From an uncultured delta proteobacterium (GTDB taxonomy: Bacteria; Desulfobacterota; Binatia; Binatales; Binataceae): a stretch of DNA of 64,000 nucleotides. Made by a program: the position numbers and the translations under genes. Position 1 is the first letter of the stretch; every line of letters starts with the position of its first letter. The stretch lies in assembly GCA_963794325.1 (NCBI GenBank), contig CAWCDG010000004.1, positions 1,248,001 to 1,312,000 of the forward strand, given 5' to 3'. Below the pieces are notes generated by a model. That model saw only the letters and a list, made by a program, of their open reading frames with translations. It was not told the DNA's origin and made no database searches. Positions 48,476-58,465 of the stretch are shown piece after piece.

Positions 48476-49701
48476 ACGTATCGGTAGGACTGATCGAAGG
48501 ACAATCTGCCGTCGACGTCGAATTGACTGGCACCTTTACGGATGTTGTCGGCAAGCTTTACAAGCCCGGACGACACAGACTTACTTCTGAGGTCACACTT
48601 ATTCCGTCGGACGCGGAATCGTGCTCGTTCGCGCTGGACGAGGTCACGATCGGAGTCGGATTTCATTGGGAGCGCAAGGAGCGTCAGGTCTTTTTAGGGG
48701 CTTTTCGCGTCGTGAAGAGGGAAGCTGAGCTGACGGTGATTAACGAGGTCGCGCTCGAAGACTACGTCACGAGCGTGATTTCATCCGAGATGAGTGCAAG
48801 CTGTCCGCTCGAATTGCTGAAAGCTCACGCGGTGATTTCGCGAAGCTGGCTCTGGTACCCTAAAGCAAATTCCTCTCACCCTGCGCGGGGACAGACCCAA
48901 AGTGCCGACACTCACGAAATCCTTCGATGGTACGGCCGCGAAGCGCATCCGGATTTCGACGTATGCGCCGACGACCACTGCCAGCGCTATCAGGGCATCA
49001 CGAAAGCATTCTCTCCAGCGGCAGCCGAAGCAGTTCGCGCAACGGCCGGCGAGTTTCTCCGTTACAACGGCGCTATCTGCGACGCACGATTTTCGAAATG
49101 CTGTGGCGGAATTACCGAGCGCTATTCGACCGCCTGGGAAGACGAGGATATTCCCTATCTTGAATCAATCTACGACGGTCCGGCGCAGTCTCGCGCTGAG
49201 AGTCCTGAGACATGGATAGGTTCCGCGCCATCGGCTTACTGCGATACCAAGGATTTGGAGCTCCTATCACGGGTTCTTCCGGGGTTCGATCAGGAGACTC
49301 GCGATTTTTATCGATGGCAGGTCGCTTACACTTCCGAAGAACTCGCGGAGCTGATTCAATCCAGGCTGGGCGTGGATCTAGGTCCCATTCGCGAGCTACA
49401 CGCCCTTGCGCGCGGACCTTCAGGCCGAATATATCGGCTAAAGGTCACCGGTGAACGGGACTACATCATCATAGGTAAGGAGCTGGAAATTCGCCGAGCT
49501 CTATCAAGCACGCATCTGTATAGCTCTGCATTCGTCGTCGAGAAGGAACCTAATCGCATCGTCCTAAGAGGAGCAGGATGGGGCCACGGCGTAGGCCTAT
49601 GCCAAATCGGCGCGGCAGTCATGGCAAACGATGGCAAGACCTACACAGAAATCCTGCAGCACTACTACCGTGGGACCACTATCAGCGGAGTATCCGCTTG
49701 A
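48472..49701 (+). CDS. SpoIID/LytB domain protein
   Basis: LEDYV.SVISSEM...LKAHAV..RS, DVCADDHCQRYQG, GWGHGVGLCQIGA, IL.HYY. Confidence 0.9.
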   Translation: MNVSVGLIEGQSAVDVELTGTFTDVVGKLYKPGRHRLTSEVTLIPSDAESCSFALDEVTIGVGFHWERKERQVFLGAFRVVKREAELTVINEVALEDYVTSVISSEMSASCPLELLKAHAVISRSWLWYPKANSSHPARGQTQSADTHEILRWYGREAHPDFDVCADDHCQRYQGITKAFSPAAAEAVRATAGEFLRYNGAICDARFSKCCGGITERYSTAWEDEDIPYLESIYDGPAQSRAESPETWIGSAPSAYCDTKDLELLSRVLPGFDQETRDFYRWQVAYTSEELAELIQSRLGVDLGPIRELHALARGPSGRIYRLKVTGERDYIIIGKELEIRRALSSTHLYSSAFVVEKEPNRIVLRGAGWGHGVGLCQIGAAVMANDGKTYTEILQHYYRGTTISGVSA

Positions 49702-49715
49702 CTGGATCAAGATAT

Positions 49716-49727
49716 TTGCATATACAA
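49716..49727. promoter_or_regulatory. Putative MarR operator upstream of marR
   Basis: TTGCATATACAA, a variant of the palindrome at 50183. Confidence 0.6.
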
Positions 49728-49736
49728 TGGTTGCGC

Positions 49737-50162
49737 ATGGTCGAAACGTTTAAAGGAATCGAAGGCGTATGTGTCGGCGGATGCGTGCGCAAGCTGAATC
49801 GGATGGTCACGGCTATCTATGATGGCGCACTGGCGGGTGCGGGATTGAAGACCAGCCAGTTCAGCGTGCTGGTCGCGGTGGCCAATCGCGGCAAAGCCAG
49901 ACCCGCGGAGTTGACCGAATTGCTGCAGATGGACGAATCGACACTGAGCCGCAACGTCGAGCGGATGTGCGCGAGGGGCTGGCTGCGGCTGGAACGGAAC
50001 GAGGACCGCCGAAGTCATCTGATCGAAGTAACCGACAAGGGCCAGGCGTTGATTCGCAAATGCCTGCCCGCCTGGCGGCAAGCTCAAGCAGAAGTCAGCA
50101 AGCGATTGGGGACGGGCACCGTCGCAGAGTTACGGTCCGCGCTGCGCAAGCTGAGCGCCTGA
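49737..50162 (+). CDS. MarR family regulator
   Basis: C...RKLNR.VT.IYD.AL...GL..SQFS.L; MDESTLSRN; DRRS..I.VT.KG. Confidence 0.92.
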   Translation: MVETFKGIEGVCVGGCVRKLNRMVTAIYDGALAGAGLKTSQFSVLVAVANRGKARPAELTELLQMDESTLSRNVERMCARGWLRLERNEDRRSHLIEVTDKGQALIRKCLPAWRQAQAEVSKRLGTGTVAELRSALRKLSA

Positions 50163-50182
50163 AATATTTTTTTGGTCTGACT

Positions 50183-50196
50183 CTTGTATATACAAG
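50183..50196. promoter_or_regulatory. Putative MarR operator
   Basis: Perfect palindrome CTTGTATATACAAG upstream of the emrA-like gene. Confidence 0.7.
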
Positions 50197-50213
50197 CGTT
50201 AGGGTCCAGAAAA

Positions 50214-51428
50214 ATGAGCAATACTATCCAAAACGGCGACGAATTCTCATTCGCGAACGGCCAAAGTACTCGCGATTTGCGAGACAACCCGGGTGCCGCT
50301 CAGCATGACCTCGAAGGTCTGCGCGAACGCGCAGATTCGAATGGCGGATTGGAAGCCCTGCGTAGGGATTCGGACCAGGATCTCGAACGGCGCATCGATT
50401 TGCCCGCCGGAGTCGACGGAAAGCCCGGCGCTTCCGGTGGAGGCCCGTGGTATCGGCGCATCAGCAAACGAGCTCTGCTGGCGGCGATGCTGATTCTCGC
50501 GATCGCAGCGATTTCACCGTTGGCGGGGAACTACCTGGAGTCGTACGAATCCACCGACGACGCGCAAATCGACGGCCATATCGATCCACTTAGCTCACGC
50601 ATCAACGGGACCGTCATCAGCGTCCACGTCGAGAATAACGATCGTGTGAAAGCCGGCGAGCTGCTGGTCGAGATCGATCCGCGCGATTACGAGGTCGCAG
50701 TGGCGCAGGCCAAGGCGCGGCTGGAACTGGCAGCGGCGCAGGTCGCTTCGGCGAAGCAGGACTACGCCGCATCGCAGGCGAACGTTCGGGAAGACGACGC
50801 GGATAATTTCAGGGCGCAGCGGGACGCGCAGCGATTTTCTTCCCTGCTCGATCAGCAGGTGGTGGCGCAGAACGAATACGATCAGTACACCGCGGTCGCG
50901 CGCGTCGATGCGGCCAAAGTCGATTCCGCGCGCGAGGCCGCAGGCTCCGCGCTCAAGACTATCGCGGCCCGCGAGGCGGACGCCGATGCGGCGAAGGCCG
51001 CCCTCGATCAGGCGCTGCTCAACCTCAGCTATACGAAAATCTACGCTCCCGCTAACGGCATCGTCGGCCGACGCACCGTCGAGCTTGGCTCGCGAATCGA
51101 ACCCGGACAGACGCTGATGTTCGTGACCGAGACCGACGAGATCTGGGTGACCGCAGACTTCAAGGAGACCCAACTCGCGCGGATGCATCGCGGCGAGAAA
51201 GTCACAATCCACGTCGATACTTTCGGCCGCGACTACACCGGCTGGGTCAGGAACCTGCCCGGTGCGAGCGGCGATCGCTTCAGCCTGCTGCCCGCCGAGA
51301 ACGCGACCGGCAACTACGTGAAGGTGGTGCAGCGCCTGCCGGTGCGAATCGAATTCGATCCCGGCCAGGATCCCGAGCATGCGCTGCATCCCGGAATGTC
51401 GGTGGAGCCTTCGGTATGGCTGCGATAG
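50214..51428 (+). CDS. HlyD/EmrA family efflux adaptor
   Basis: ESTDDAQIDG, FKETQL, LLPAENATGNYVKVVQRLPVRI. Confidence 0.93.
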   Translation: MSNTIQNGDEFSFANGQSTRDLRDNPGAAQHDLEGLRERADSNGGLEALRRDSDQDLERRIDLPAGVDGKPGASGGGPWYRRISKRALLAAMLILAIAAISPLAGNYLESYESTDDAQIDGHIDPLSSRINGTVISVHVENNDRVKAGELLVEIDPRDYEVAVAQAKARLELAAAQVASAKQDYAASQANVREDDADNFRAQRDAQRFSSLLDQQVVAQNEYDQYTAVARVDAAKVDSAREAAGSALKTIAAREADADAAKAALDQALLNLSYTKIYAPANGIVGRRTVELGSRIEPGQTLMFVTETDEIWVTADFKETQLARMHRGEKVTIHVDTFGRDYTGWVRNLPGASGDRFSLLPAENATGNYVKVVQRLPVRIEFDPGQDPEHALHPGMSVEPSVWLR

Positions 51429-53050
51429 CTGCGGTGCGGACAACGGCGCGCGCCGAGGTCGCAGCGGACGAGCAATCTTCCGCGAGACCGGCGCACAATC
51501 CATGGGCGATCGCGCTGGTGGTCACGATGGCGACGTTCATGGAGCTGCTCGACACCAGCATCTCGAACGTCTCGCTGCCACATATCGCGGGCGGCCTCGG
51601 CACGAGTTACGACGAAAGCACCTGGGTGCTGACGAGCTACCTGGTCGCCAACGCGATCATCCTGCCGATGAGCGCATGGCTCAGCCGCGTCTTCGGCCGC
51701 AAGCGCTACTACATGATGTGCGTCGCGCTATTTACCGCGAGCTCGTTTTTATGCGGCGTCGCGCCGAGCCTGGCGATGCTGATCGTGTTCCGGATTTTCC
51801 AGGGAATCGGCGGCGGCGGCCTTGCGCCGGTCGAGCAGGCGATCCTGGTCGATACGTTTCCCAAGGAAAAACTCGGCGGCGCTTTCGCGCTTTACAGCAT
51901 GGCGATGGTCACCGCGCCGGCGATCGGGCCTCCGCTCGGCGGATGGATCACTGACAGCTTCTCGTGGCGCTGGGTGTTTTTCATCAATGTTCCGATCGGA
52001 CTGCTGTCGCTGATTCTTTCGAGCCGGATGGTGCACGACCCGGTCGAGTTCACCGAGGAGCGCAAGCAGGCGCGGCGCAGCGGCCGTCTTCGAATTGACT
52101 ATATCGGAATCGTGCTGATCGCGGTCGGGTTCGCGTGCCTGGAAGTCGTGCTCGATCGCGGCGAGCGCGACGACTGGCTGGAGAGCCATTTCATCGCCAC
52201 GTTCCTTGCGATTGCGGTGGTCGCGATCGCGATCGCGATTTGGTGGGAGTGGCGCCACGACGATCCGGTGGTCGAGCTGACCTTGCTCCGCGAGCGCAAC
52301 TTCGCGATCGCGAACGTCCTCTACTTCCTGTTCGCGTTCGGGCTGTTCGGAAGCACTGTGCTGATTCCCGAGATGCTCCAGACCCTGTTCGGATACACCG
52401 CGACCGACGCCGGCCTGGTGCTGGGACCGGGCGCCGCGGTGATCACGATTCTTGCGCCGTTCGTCGTGCTGATCGTCCCGCGCACCGGCGCGAAGAGCAT
52501 GCTGGTCTTCAGCTTCACCGTCGCCGCGCTTTCGTTCTTCTACTACAGCGGGATGACGACCGAGACTGACTACTTTCATTTCGCGTTCGCACGAGTCTTT
52601 CAGGGCTTTGGCTACGCCTTCATGTTCATTCCGGTGAGCCAGGTCGCCTACTCCTATTTGCCGAAAAACAAGAACAACAAAGGCTCGAGTCTGACCAATC
52701 TATGCCGCAACTGGGGCGCCAGCTTCGGTATCTCGTTCGTCACCACGATGCTCGAGCGGCGAACCGAGTACCACCAGAGCGTGCTGGTCACCAATCTCAC
52801 GTCAGCCGATGAAAGCGTGCATCGGTTCCTGAACACCTCGAGCCATTTCCTGGTGACGCGCGGCGCGACCACTCCCGACGCAATTCACCAGGCATACGGG
52901 ATGGTCGGAAGCATGATGACTCAGCAAGCGTCGATGCTCGCATTCATGGATTGTTTTCATCTGCTGGCGATTGTGGTGCTGGCGGGCGTGCCACTGGCGC
53001 TCATGATCCGCCGTTTCGAAATAGGCAAAGCGGCCAGCGGTGCGCACTAA
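51416..53050 (+). CDS. DHA2/EmrB family MFS efflux pump
   Basis: ATFMELLDTSISNVSLPHIAG, WVLTSYLVANAI, WRWVFFINVPIG. Confidence 0.94.
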   Translation: MAAIAAVRTTARAEVAADEQSSARPAHNPWAIALVVTMATFMELLDTSISNVSLPHIAGGLGTSYDESTWVLTSYLVANAIILPMSAWLSRVFGRKRYYMMCVALFTASSFLCGVAPSLAMLIVFRIFQGIGGGGLAPVEQAILVDTFPKEKLGGAFALYSMAMVTAPAIGPPLGGWITDSFSWRWVFFINVPIGLLSLILSSRMVHDPVEFTEERKQARRSGRLRIDYIGIVLIAVGFACLEVVLDRGERDDWLESHFIATFLAIAVVAIAIAIWWEWRHDDPVVELTLLRERNFAIANVLYFLFAFGLFGSTVLIPEMLQTLFGYTATDAGLVLGPGAAVITILAPFVVLIVPRTGAKSMLVFSFTVAALSFFYYSGMTTETDYFHFAFARVFQGFGYAFMFIPVSQVAYSYLPKNKNNKGSSLTNLCRNWGASFGISFVTTMLERRTEYHQSVLVTNLTSADESVHRFLNTSSHFLVTRGATTPDAIHQAYGMVGSMMTQQASMLAFMDCFHLLAIVVLAGVPLALMIRRFEIGKAASGAH

Positions 53051-53084
53051 ACAGTTGGAGATCAAAACTTAAGGAGATATCAAA

Positions 53085-54062
53085 ATGCGCGCTGTTCAGC
53101 TCACGGCTTATGGCGACCCGCTCGAGGGTCTTAAGTATGTCGACATTCCCGAGCCTGAGGCTCCGGGCCCGAACCAGGTCCTCATCGGGGTCGAGTTTTC
53201 CCCTATCGATCCGAGCGACCTCTCGCTCGCGCGGGGCATCTATGGAGTGCACCCCGCGCTTCCAACCGTCATCGGCAACGAAGGCGTCGGCCGCGTGCTC
53301 AATGTGGGAGTGGGGGTGCAGAACGTCAAGGTCGGCGACCGGGTTCTGGCGCCGAATGGCAGCTTCACCTGGCGGGAGCGCATGGTCATTTCTGCCGACG
53401 GCCTTTTCGCCCTTCCTCCTGACGCGGACCCGCGGCAGTTGGCGATGCTGGCCATCAATCCCCCGACTGCGGCGCTGCTGCTCAGCGAGTATGTCGACCT
53501 GAAGCCGGGCGAATGGGTGGTGCAGAACGGGGCCAATTCCGGTGTCGGGCGATGGGTGATCGCGTTTGCGAAAACGCGCGGCTTGAAGACCGCCAACATC
53601 GTCCGCCGGCCAGAGCTGGTGGCCGAGCTTGAGGCGATTGGTGGAGACCTCGTCGTCGTCGACTCTGCCGATGTCGCGGAAAGGATTAAAGCGGCTGTCG
53701 GTCACGCCGAGCTCCGCCTGGCGCTTGATGGTGTCAGCGGCTCGGCGACGGGCGTGCTCGCTGCGACGCTCTCGCCTCGCGGCACCCTCGTCAGCTTTGC
53801 GGCGATGAGCAGGGTTCCGATGTCAATCAGCCCGATGGACGTTATCTTCAAGTCTCTCACCTTGCGAGGCTTTTGGATGGTTCACCCCGAGTTTGCGGCC
53901 AAACTTGCGCCAGCCTCAGCGCAGGCGGCCGGGATGATCGCGTCCGGCCGGCTGCACATAGCAGTGGCTGCAACCTACCCCCTCTCGTCCATCAAGGAAG
54001 CCGTCGCGCACGCGCAACGCGGTGGAAAGGTTCTTCTGGACGTAGCCGGATCATCCAACTGA
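53085..54062 (+). CDS. MDR-superfamily NADPH oxidoreductase (MECR/Etr1-like enoyl reductase)
   Basis: PIDPSD, GNEGVG, INPPTA, QNGANSGVG. Confidence 0.87.
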   Translation: MRAVQLTAYGDPLEGLKYVDIPEPEAPGPNQVLIGVEFSPIDPSDLSLARGIYGVHPALPTVIGNEGVGRVLNVGVGVQNVKVGDRVLAPNGSFTWRERMVISADGLFALPPDADPRQLAMLAINPPTAALLLSEYVDLKPGEWVVQNGANSGVGRWVIAFAKTRGLKTANIVRRPELVAELEAIGGDLVVVDSADVAERIKAAVGHAELRLALDGVSGSATGVLAATLSPRGTLVSFAAMSRVPMSISPMDVIFKSLTLRGFWMVHPEFAAKLAPASAQAAGMIASGRLHIAVAATYPLSSIKEAVAHAQRGGKVLLDVAGSSN

Positions 54063-54116
54063 CACTGGAATAGGCGTCTGAGCATCGAACAGTATCCACG
54101 AACAGGGGTGGTCACG

Positions 54117-54224
54117 ATGGAAAACGAAATCAGCCAACTGTTGTTGCTCGCGATTTTCTGCGTCGTGGCAATTCTCGTGGCGGATTGGGCGATGCGGCCA
54201 AGGGATCGCAATGATGACGATTAG
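54117..54224 (+). CDS. Putative 35-aa single-TM small protein
   Basis: MENEISQLLLLAIFCVVAILVADWAMRPRDRNDDD with a GGGGTGG RBS-like sequence. Confidence 0.4.
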   Translation: MENEISQLLLLAIFCVVAILVADWAMRPRDRNDDD

Positions 54225-54247
54225 CGGTGAATTTTTTTGGTCCGAGT

Positions 54248-54261
54248 CTTGTACATACAAG
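54248..54261. promoter_or_regulatory. Putative MarR operator within a duplicated promoter segment
   Basis: CTTGTACATACAAG; flanks resemble 50167-50293. Confidence 0.65.
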
Positions 54262-54419
54262 CGCTGATGGCCGATAACCGACATCTTCATTGAACATAGC
54301 GGCGAAGATCAATTCGCGAACGGCCAAAGCCGTCGCGATTTGCGAGTCCGCCCGGCCTGAAACTTTTTAAGCGGCCACCGCAGATAACGTTTGACGAAAT
54401 CATTTAAGGAGCAATCACA

Positions 54420-55172
54420 ATGAGCGGAAAACTCGAAGGCAAGGTAGCAGTCGTCACCGGAGGAAATAGCGGCATCGGTCTCGCCACGGCGAAGCGATTC
54501 GTCGCGGAGGGCGCGTATGTCTTCATCACCGGGCGCCGGCAGACAGAACTCGACGCGGCGGTGAAAGAGATCGGCAAAAGTGTCACAGGCGTTCAAGGCG
54601 ACGTCGCGAATCTCAAAGATTTGGACAAGCTGTATGATGTGGTGAAGGCGAAGACGGGACGCATCGACATAGTGTTCGCGAATGCCGGCATCGCGGAGCT
54701 GACGCCGCTCGGTGAAATTACCGAGGAGCATTTCGACAAGACGTTCAACATCAACGTCAAAGGATTGCTGTTCACCGTGCAGAAAGCTCTGCCTCTGATC
54801 CCGGACGGCGGATCGATCATCCTGAACGCCTCGATCGTGGCGTCCAAGGGCAATCCGGCGTCGAGCGTTTACAGCGCGACCAAAGCCGCGGTGCGGTCGT
54901 TCGCGCGCACCTGGACGATGGATTTGAAGGAACGGAAAATTCGCGTGAACGCCGTCAGCCCGGGCCCTATCCGCACTCCCGCCTATGACCGCTTGGCGCA
55001 GTCCGGGCCAGCAGGCAAGCAGATGCTGGAGAGCATCGTCAACCGGGTGCCGATGGGCCGCTTCGGCGAACCGGACGAAATCGCGCGGGCCGCAGTCTTC
55101 CTGGCCTCCGACGACAGCACCTTCGTCACCGGCACCGAGCTATTCGTCGACGGCGGCGCCGCGCAGGTGTGA
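54420..55172 (+). CDS. Short-chain dehydrogenase/reductase
   Basis: [25 protein letters not shown]. Confidence 0.95.
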   Translation: MSGKLEGKVAVVTGGNSGIGLATAKRFVAEGAYVFITGRRQTELDAAVKEIGKSVTGVQGDVANLKDLDKLYDVVKAKTGRIDIVFANAGIAELTPLGEITEEHFDKTFNINVKGLLFTVQKALPLIPDGGSIILNASIVASKGNPASSVYSATKAAVRSFARTWTMDLKERKIRVNAVSPGPIRTPAYDRLAQSGPAGKQMLESIVNRVPMGRFGEPDEIARAAVFLASDDSTFVTGTELFVDGGAAQV

Positions 55173-55394
55173 GCCGGGCAGCAGTATCGCCTGCTGCTCG
55201 CTTTGGCGTCATCTGACCGGCGCGGAGTCATACGAACCGGCCGCTTCGTTAATTTCTCTTTGATTGCCTGACGGGCAACCAGCCGGACCCGTCAGGCATC
55301 TCGTTTGCATAGTTGCCTCCTAGGCAATTTTAGCGCTCGCGCCCTCGCTCGATCGCGAGCGCCGGGCGGGCGCGGCCTTGGAGGTAACCTTCCC

Positions 55395-56853
55395 ATGTCT
55401 GAAGCTGGCGGATCATTACGCAAGGAATGTCTCGGCTTCTCGGGAGTCACCGCGATGGCAATCGCGCTGATATCGCCGACCATGACGGCCGCGTTGATTG
55501 TGCCGTTGATGTACAGCAACGCGGGCAACGCGAGCTGGCTCGCGTACCTGTTCGGCACCGTCATGCTGTTGTTCGTGGCGCTGAATCTGATCCAGTTTGC
55601 CAAGCGCTCGACCTCGGCGGGATCGATGTATGCCTACACGGTGATGGGCCTGGGCACGACGCTGGGCAATCTCTCGGGCTGGTGCCTGGTGTGGGCCTAC
55701 CTGTTTATCGGAACCGCGGGTATGACCGGCTTCACAATCTTCGCGAGCACGCTTATGCGACATGATGGGTATCCACGTGCCTGCGCTGGCGCTGTTCGCG
55801 GTATGCGCGGGGAGCATCTGGTATCTCGGCTACAAGGACATCCGCCTTTCGAGCAGCTTGATGCTGGTTATGGAAGGGCTGTCGGTTGCCCTGATTCTAT
55901 TACTCTGCGCGATCGTTCTGTTCGGCCAGAAATCGCCGATCGACCCGGCCCAGATTAAACTGACCGGATCGTCGTTCTCAGGAATCAGCCTCGGCGTCGT
56001 GGTCGCGATTTTCAGCCTGGTCGGATTCGAGTGCGCCACCGCGTTTGGCGAGGAAGCAAGAAATCCGCTGACGACGATTCCCAGAGCGGTAATCGTGAGT
56101 CTGCTGTTGACCGGGGCATTCTTCGTCCTCGTCTCTTACACCGAGGTGCTGGGCTTCGCCGGCTACAAGACGACGCTCGACAAAATCGATGCGCCGCTCA
56201 ACGTGCTGTCCGACATGATGCACGTTGGATGGCTGAAGGCGCCGATCTCGTTCGGTGCGATGGCGAGTTTCTATTCGCTGGCGCTGTCCTGCATGAACTC
56301 CGGCGCACGCATTCTCTATCCGATGGGAAAACTGGGCGTCTTTCACAGCTCGATCGGAACGTCGCACGAGACCAACGAGACCCCGCACGTCGCCGTCACT
56401 GTAATGTCGATCCTGATTTTTATGTCCCCCGTCATCTTGACGCAGGTGTTCAAGCTCGAAGTTCTCGACGCCTTCAACGACGCGGGAACCTTCGGCGCGT
56501 TCGGCTTTCTCGGCGCGTACTTTCTGATCTCGATTGCAGCCCCGGCATATCTCAGCAAACGAGGCGAACTCAGCCCCGGCGCAATCGCACTCTCGGTAGC
56601 GTCGGTCGCATTGCTGCTGGTCCCGGCGGTCGGCAGCGTTTACCCGGTGCCGTCGTGGCCGGTGAATATCTTCCCGTACATCTTTCTGGGCTACCTGGCG
56701 ATCGGAATGACCTGGTTCATGATTCTGCGCCGCAATCCCGACTTCATCGACAGCGTCAAGCATCGGATTCACGCCGAACACGGATCCGCGCCGGTTAGCC
56801 TGAGAGTGGTGACCGCTCCCGATATGCAAGAGCGTGAAAAAGCGACTGCCTGA
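55395..56853 (+). CDS. APC family amino acid/amine permease with a +1 frameshift at ~55755-55762
   Basis: N-terminal half (SAGSMYAY) and C-terminal half (GFECATAFGEEARNP) lie in different frames; 1459 bp = 3n+1. Confidence 0.85.
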
Positions 56854-56895
56854 ATCGGATCTCGCGAAGGGCAAGTGAAGGAGGACACACAAGCG

Positions 56896-57726
56896 ATGCA
56901 GTACGAAGCAAACGCCGCCGGCTCGATCGTCTCGATTTGGCGCTACCCGGTGAAGTCGATGATGGGCGAGGAAATTAATTCAAGCCTCGTCACCGAGCGC
57001 GGACTGCTAGGCGATCGATCCTATGCGTTGGTAGATCTGGCCAGCGGAAAAGTGGTCAGCGCAAAAAATCCGCGCAAGTGGCCGGGCATGTTCGGCTTTC
57101 GCGCGGCGTACGTCGAACCTCCCGACATGCACGAGGGTATTCCGCCAGTGCGAATCACGATGCCCGGTGGGCTATCGGCAACCAGTGCGCAAGCCAATCT
57201 CGACACCCTGATGTCGCGCGCACTGGGCGCCGACGTCTCGCTAAAATCGAAGCCGCCCGCGAGTCCGAAGCTCGAAGAGTACTGGCCCGATATCGACGAC
57301 CTGGCGCATCGCGAAACTGTTACTGAAGAAGCGATGCCGCCGGACACGTTCTTCGACGGCGCCGTCGTTCACATCCTCACCACCGCGACGTTGAAGCAAC
57401 TTCACAGCGTCTATCCGCAAGGCAGCTTCGAAGCGCGGCGCTTTCGCCCGAACCTGATCGTGGCGCCTGATGCGACGGAGGAGGGCTTCGTCGAAAATTC
57501 ATGGGTTGGACGGACACTCGCGATTGGCGATCAAGTGCGATTGAAAATTACCGGCGCCACCGGGCGCTGCGTGATGACGACGCTGCCGCAGGGTGATCTG
57601 CCGAGGGACCTGGGGATTCTGAAGGCCGCGGTTTCGGCCAATCATGCAAATGTTGGAGTCTATGCGACGGTCGAGCGCGCGGGGGTGATTCGCGCCGGCG
57701 ATGCGGTTCAGATCGAAGCAGCGTAG
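56896..57726 (+). CDS. MOSC domain protein
   Basis: IWRYPVKSM.GE, GDRSYA, RRFRPNL, RCVMTT, VGVYA.V...G.I..GD. Confidence 0.92.
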   Translation: MQYEANAAGSIVSIWRYPVKSMMGEEINSSLVTERGLLGDRSYALVDLASGKVVSAKNPRKWPGMFGFRAAYVEPPDMHEGIPPVRITMPGGLSATSAQANLDTLMSRALGADVSLKSKPPASPKLEEYWPDIDDLAHRETVTEEAMPPDTFFDGAVVHILTTATLKQLHSVYPQGSFEARRFRPNLIVAPDATEEGFVENSWVGRTLAIGDQVRLKITGATGRCVMTTLPQGDLPRDLGILKAAVSANHANVGVYATVERAGVIRAGDAVQIEAA

Positions 57727-57804
57727 CCCAGGCGGGGAAGGGACGGTCATCGGCGAGAAAATGTTGGTTGCCCCGCAGGCATGCTTGATGTTAGTTCAAT
57801 CTCG

Positions 57805-58407
57805 ATGCGGGACGGAATCGGAATCGCGAAACCGCTCGAGCAGGTGCTCTCCTCGCTCGGCACGCAACTCAAGGCGTTGCGCAGTCAGCGTGGATGGACG
57901 CTGGAGAGGCTGAGCCAGCTTACGAAGTTGTCGGAACCCTACCTGTCGCGGCTGGAGAGCGGGAGTCGGCAGCCTTCGCTCGCGGCGCTGCTGACGCTCG
58001 CGCAGGTTTACGAGATTCCGGTGCGCACTTTGCTCGATGGCGACGGACTGACGATGCCGCCGTGCAGAATTATTCGATCGGGAACTTCGCCGCCGAGAAT
58101 TGCGAACGGTCTTGCTTATCGCGCGGTGTCGGGCGGCGGCCCGTTGACCGGTTTGCAGGCGATGGAGATAAAAATCCCGGCGAGCCGGCATCACGACAAA
58201 TTCTACAAGCACGAGGGGGAGGAATGGCTGTACGTGATTTCGGGCGGCTTGAATCTGATTTTCGAAGACGAACGACATTCGCTGCAACCCGGCGACGCGG
58301 CGCATTTCGACGCGCGTACGCCGCATCGCCTCGCGGCGCTCGGAAAGCGCGATGCGGTCGTGCTGCTGGTTGCGTCGTCGATTTCCGCCACGCACGCGAC
58401 GTCGTAG
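57805..58407 (+). CDS. XRE-family HTH-cupin regulator (PuuR-like)
   Basis: WTLERLS...LSEPYLSRLESG..QPSL; HEGEEWLYV; GDAAHFD..TPH. Confidence 0.9.
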   Translation: MRDGIGIAKPLEQVLSSLGTQLKALRSQRGWTLERLSQLTKLSEPYLSRLESGSRQPSLAALLTLAQVYEIPVRTLLDGDGLTMPPCRIIRSGTSPPRIANGLAYRAVSGGGPLTGLQAMEIKIPASRHHDKFYKHEGEEWLYVISGGLNLIFEDERHSLQPGDAAHFDARTPHRLAALGKRDAVVLLVASSISATHATS

Positions 58408-58465
58408 AGATCGCGGCAATCGCGGGCGTTCCGCGCGTCACGCCACTCTTCCAGTACATTCGCCA

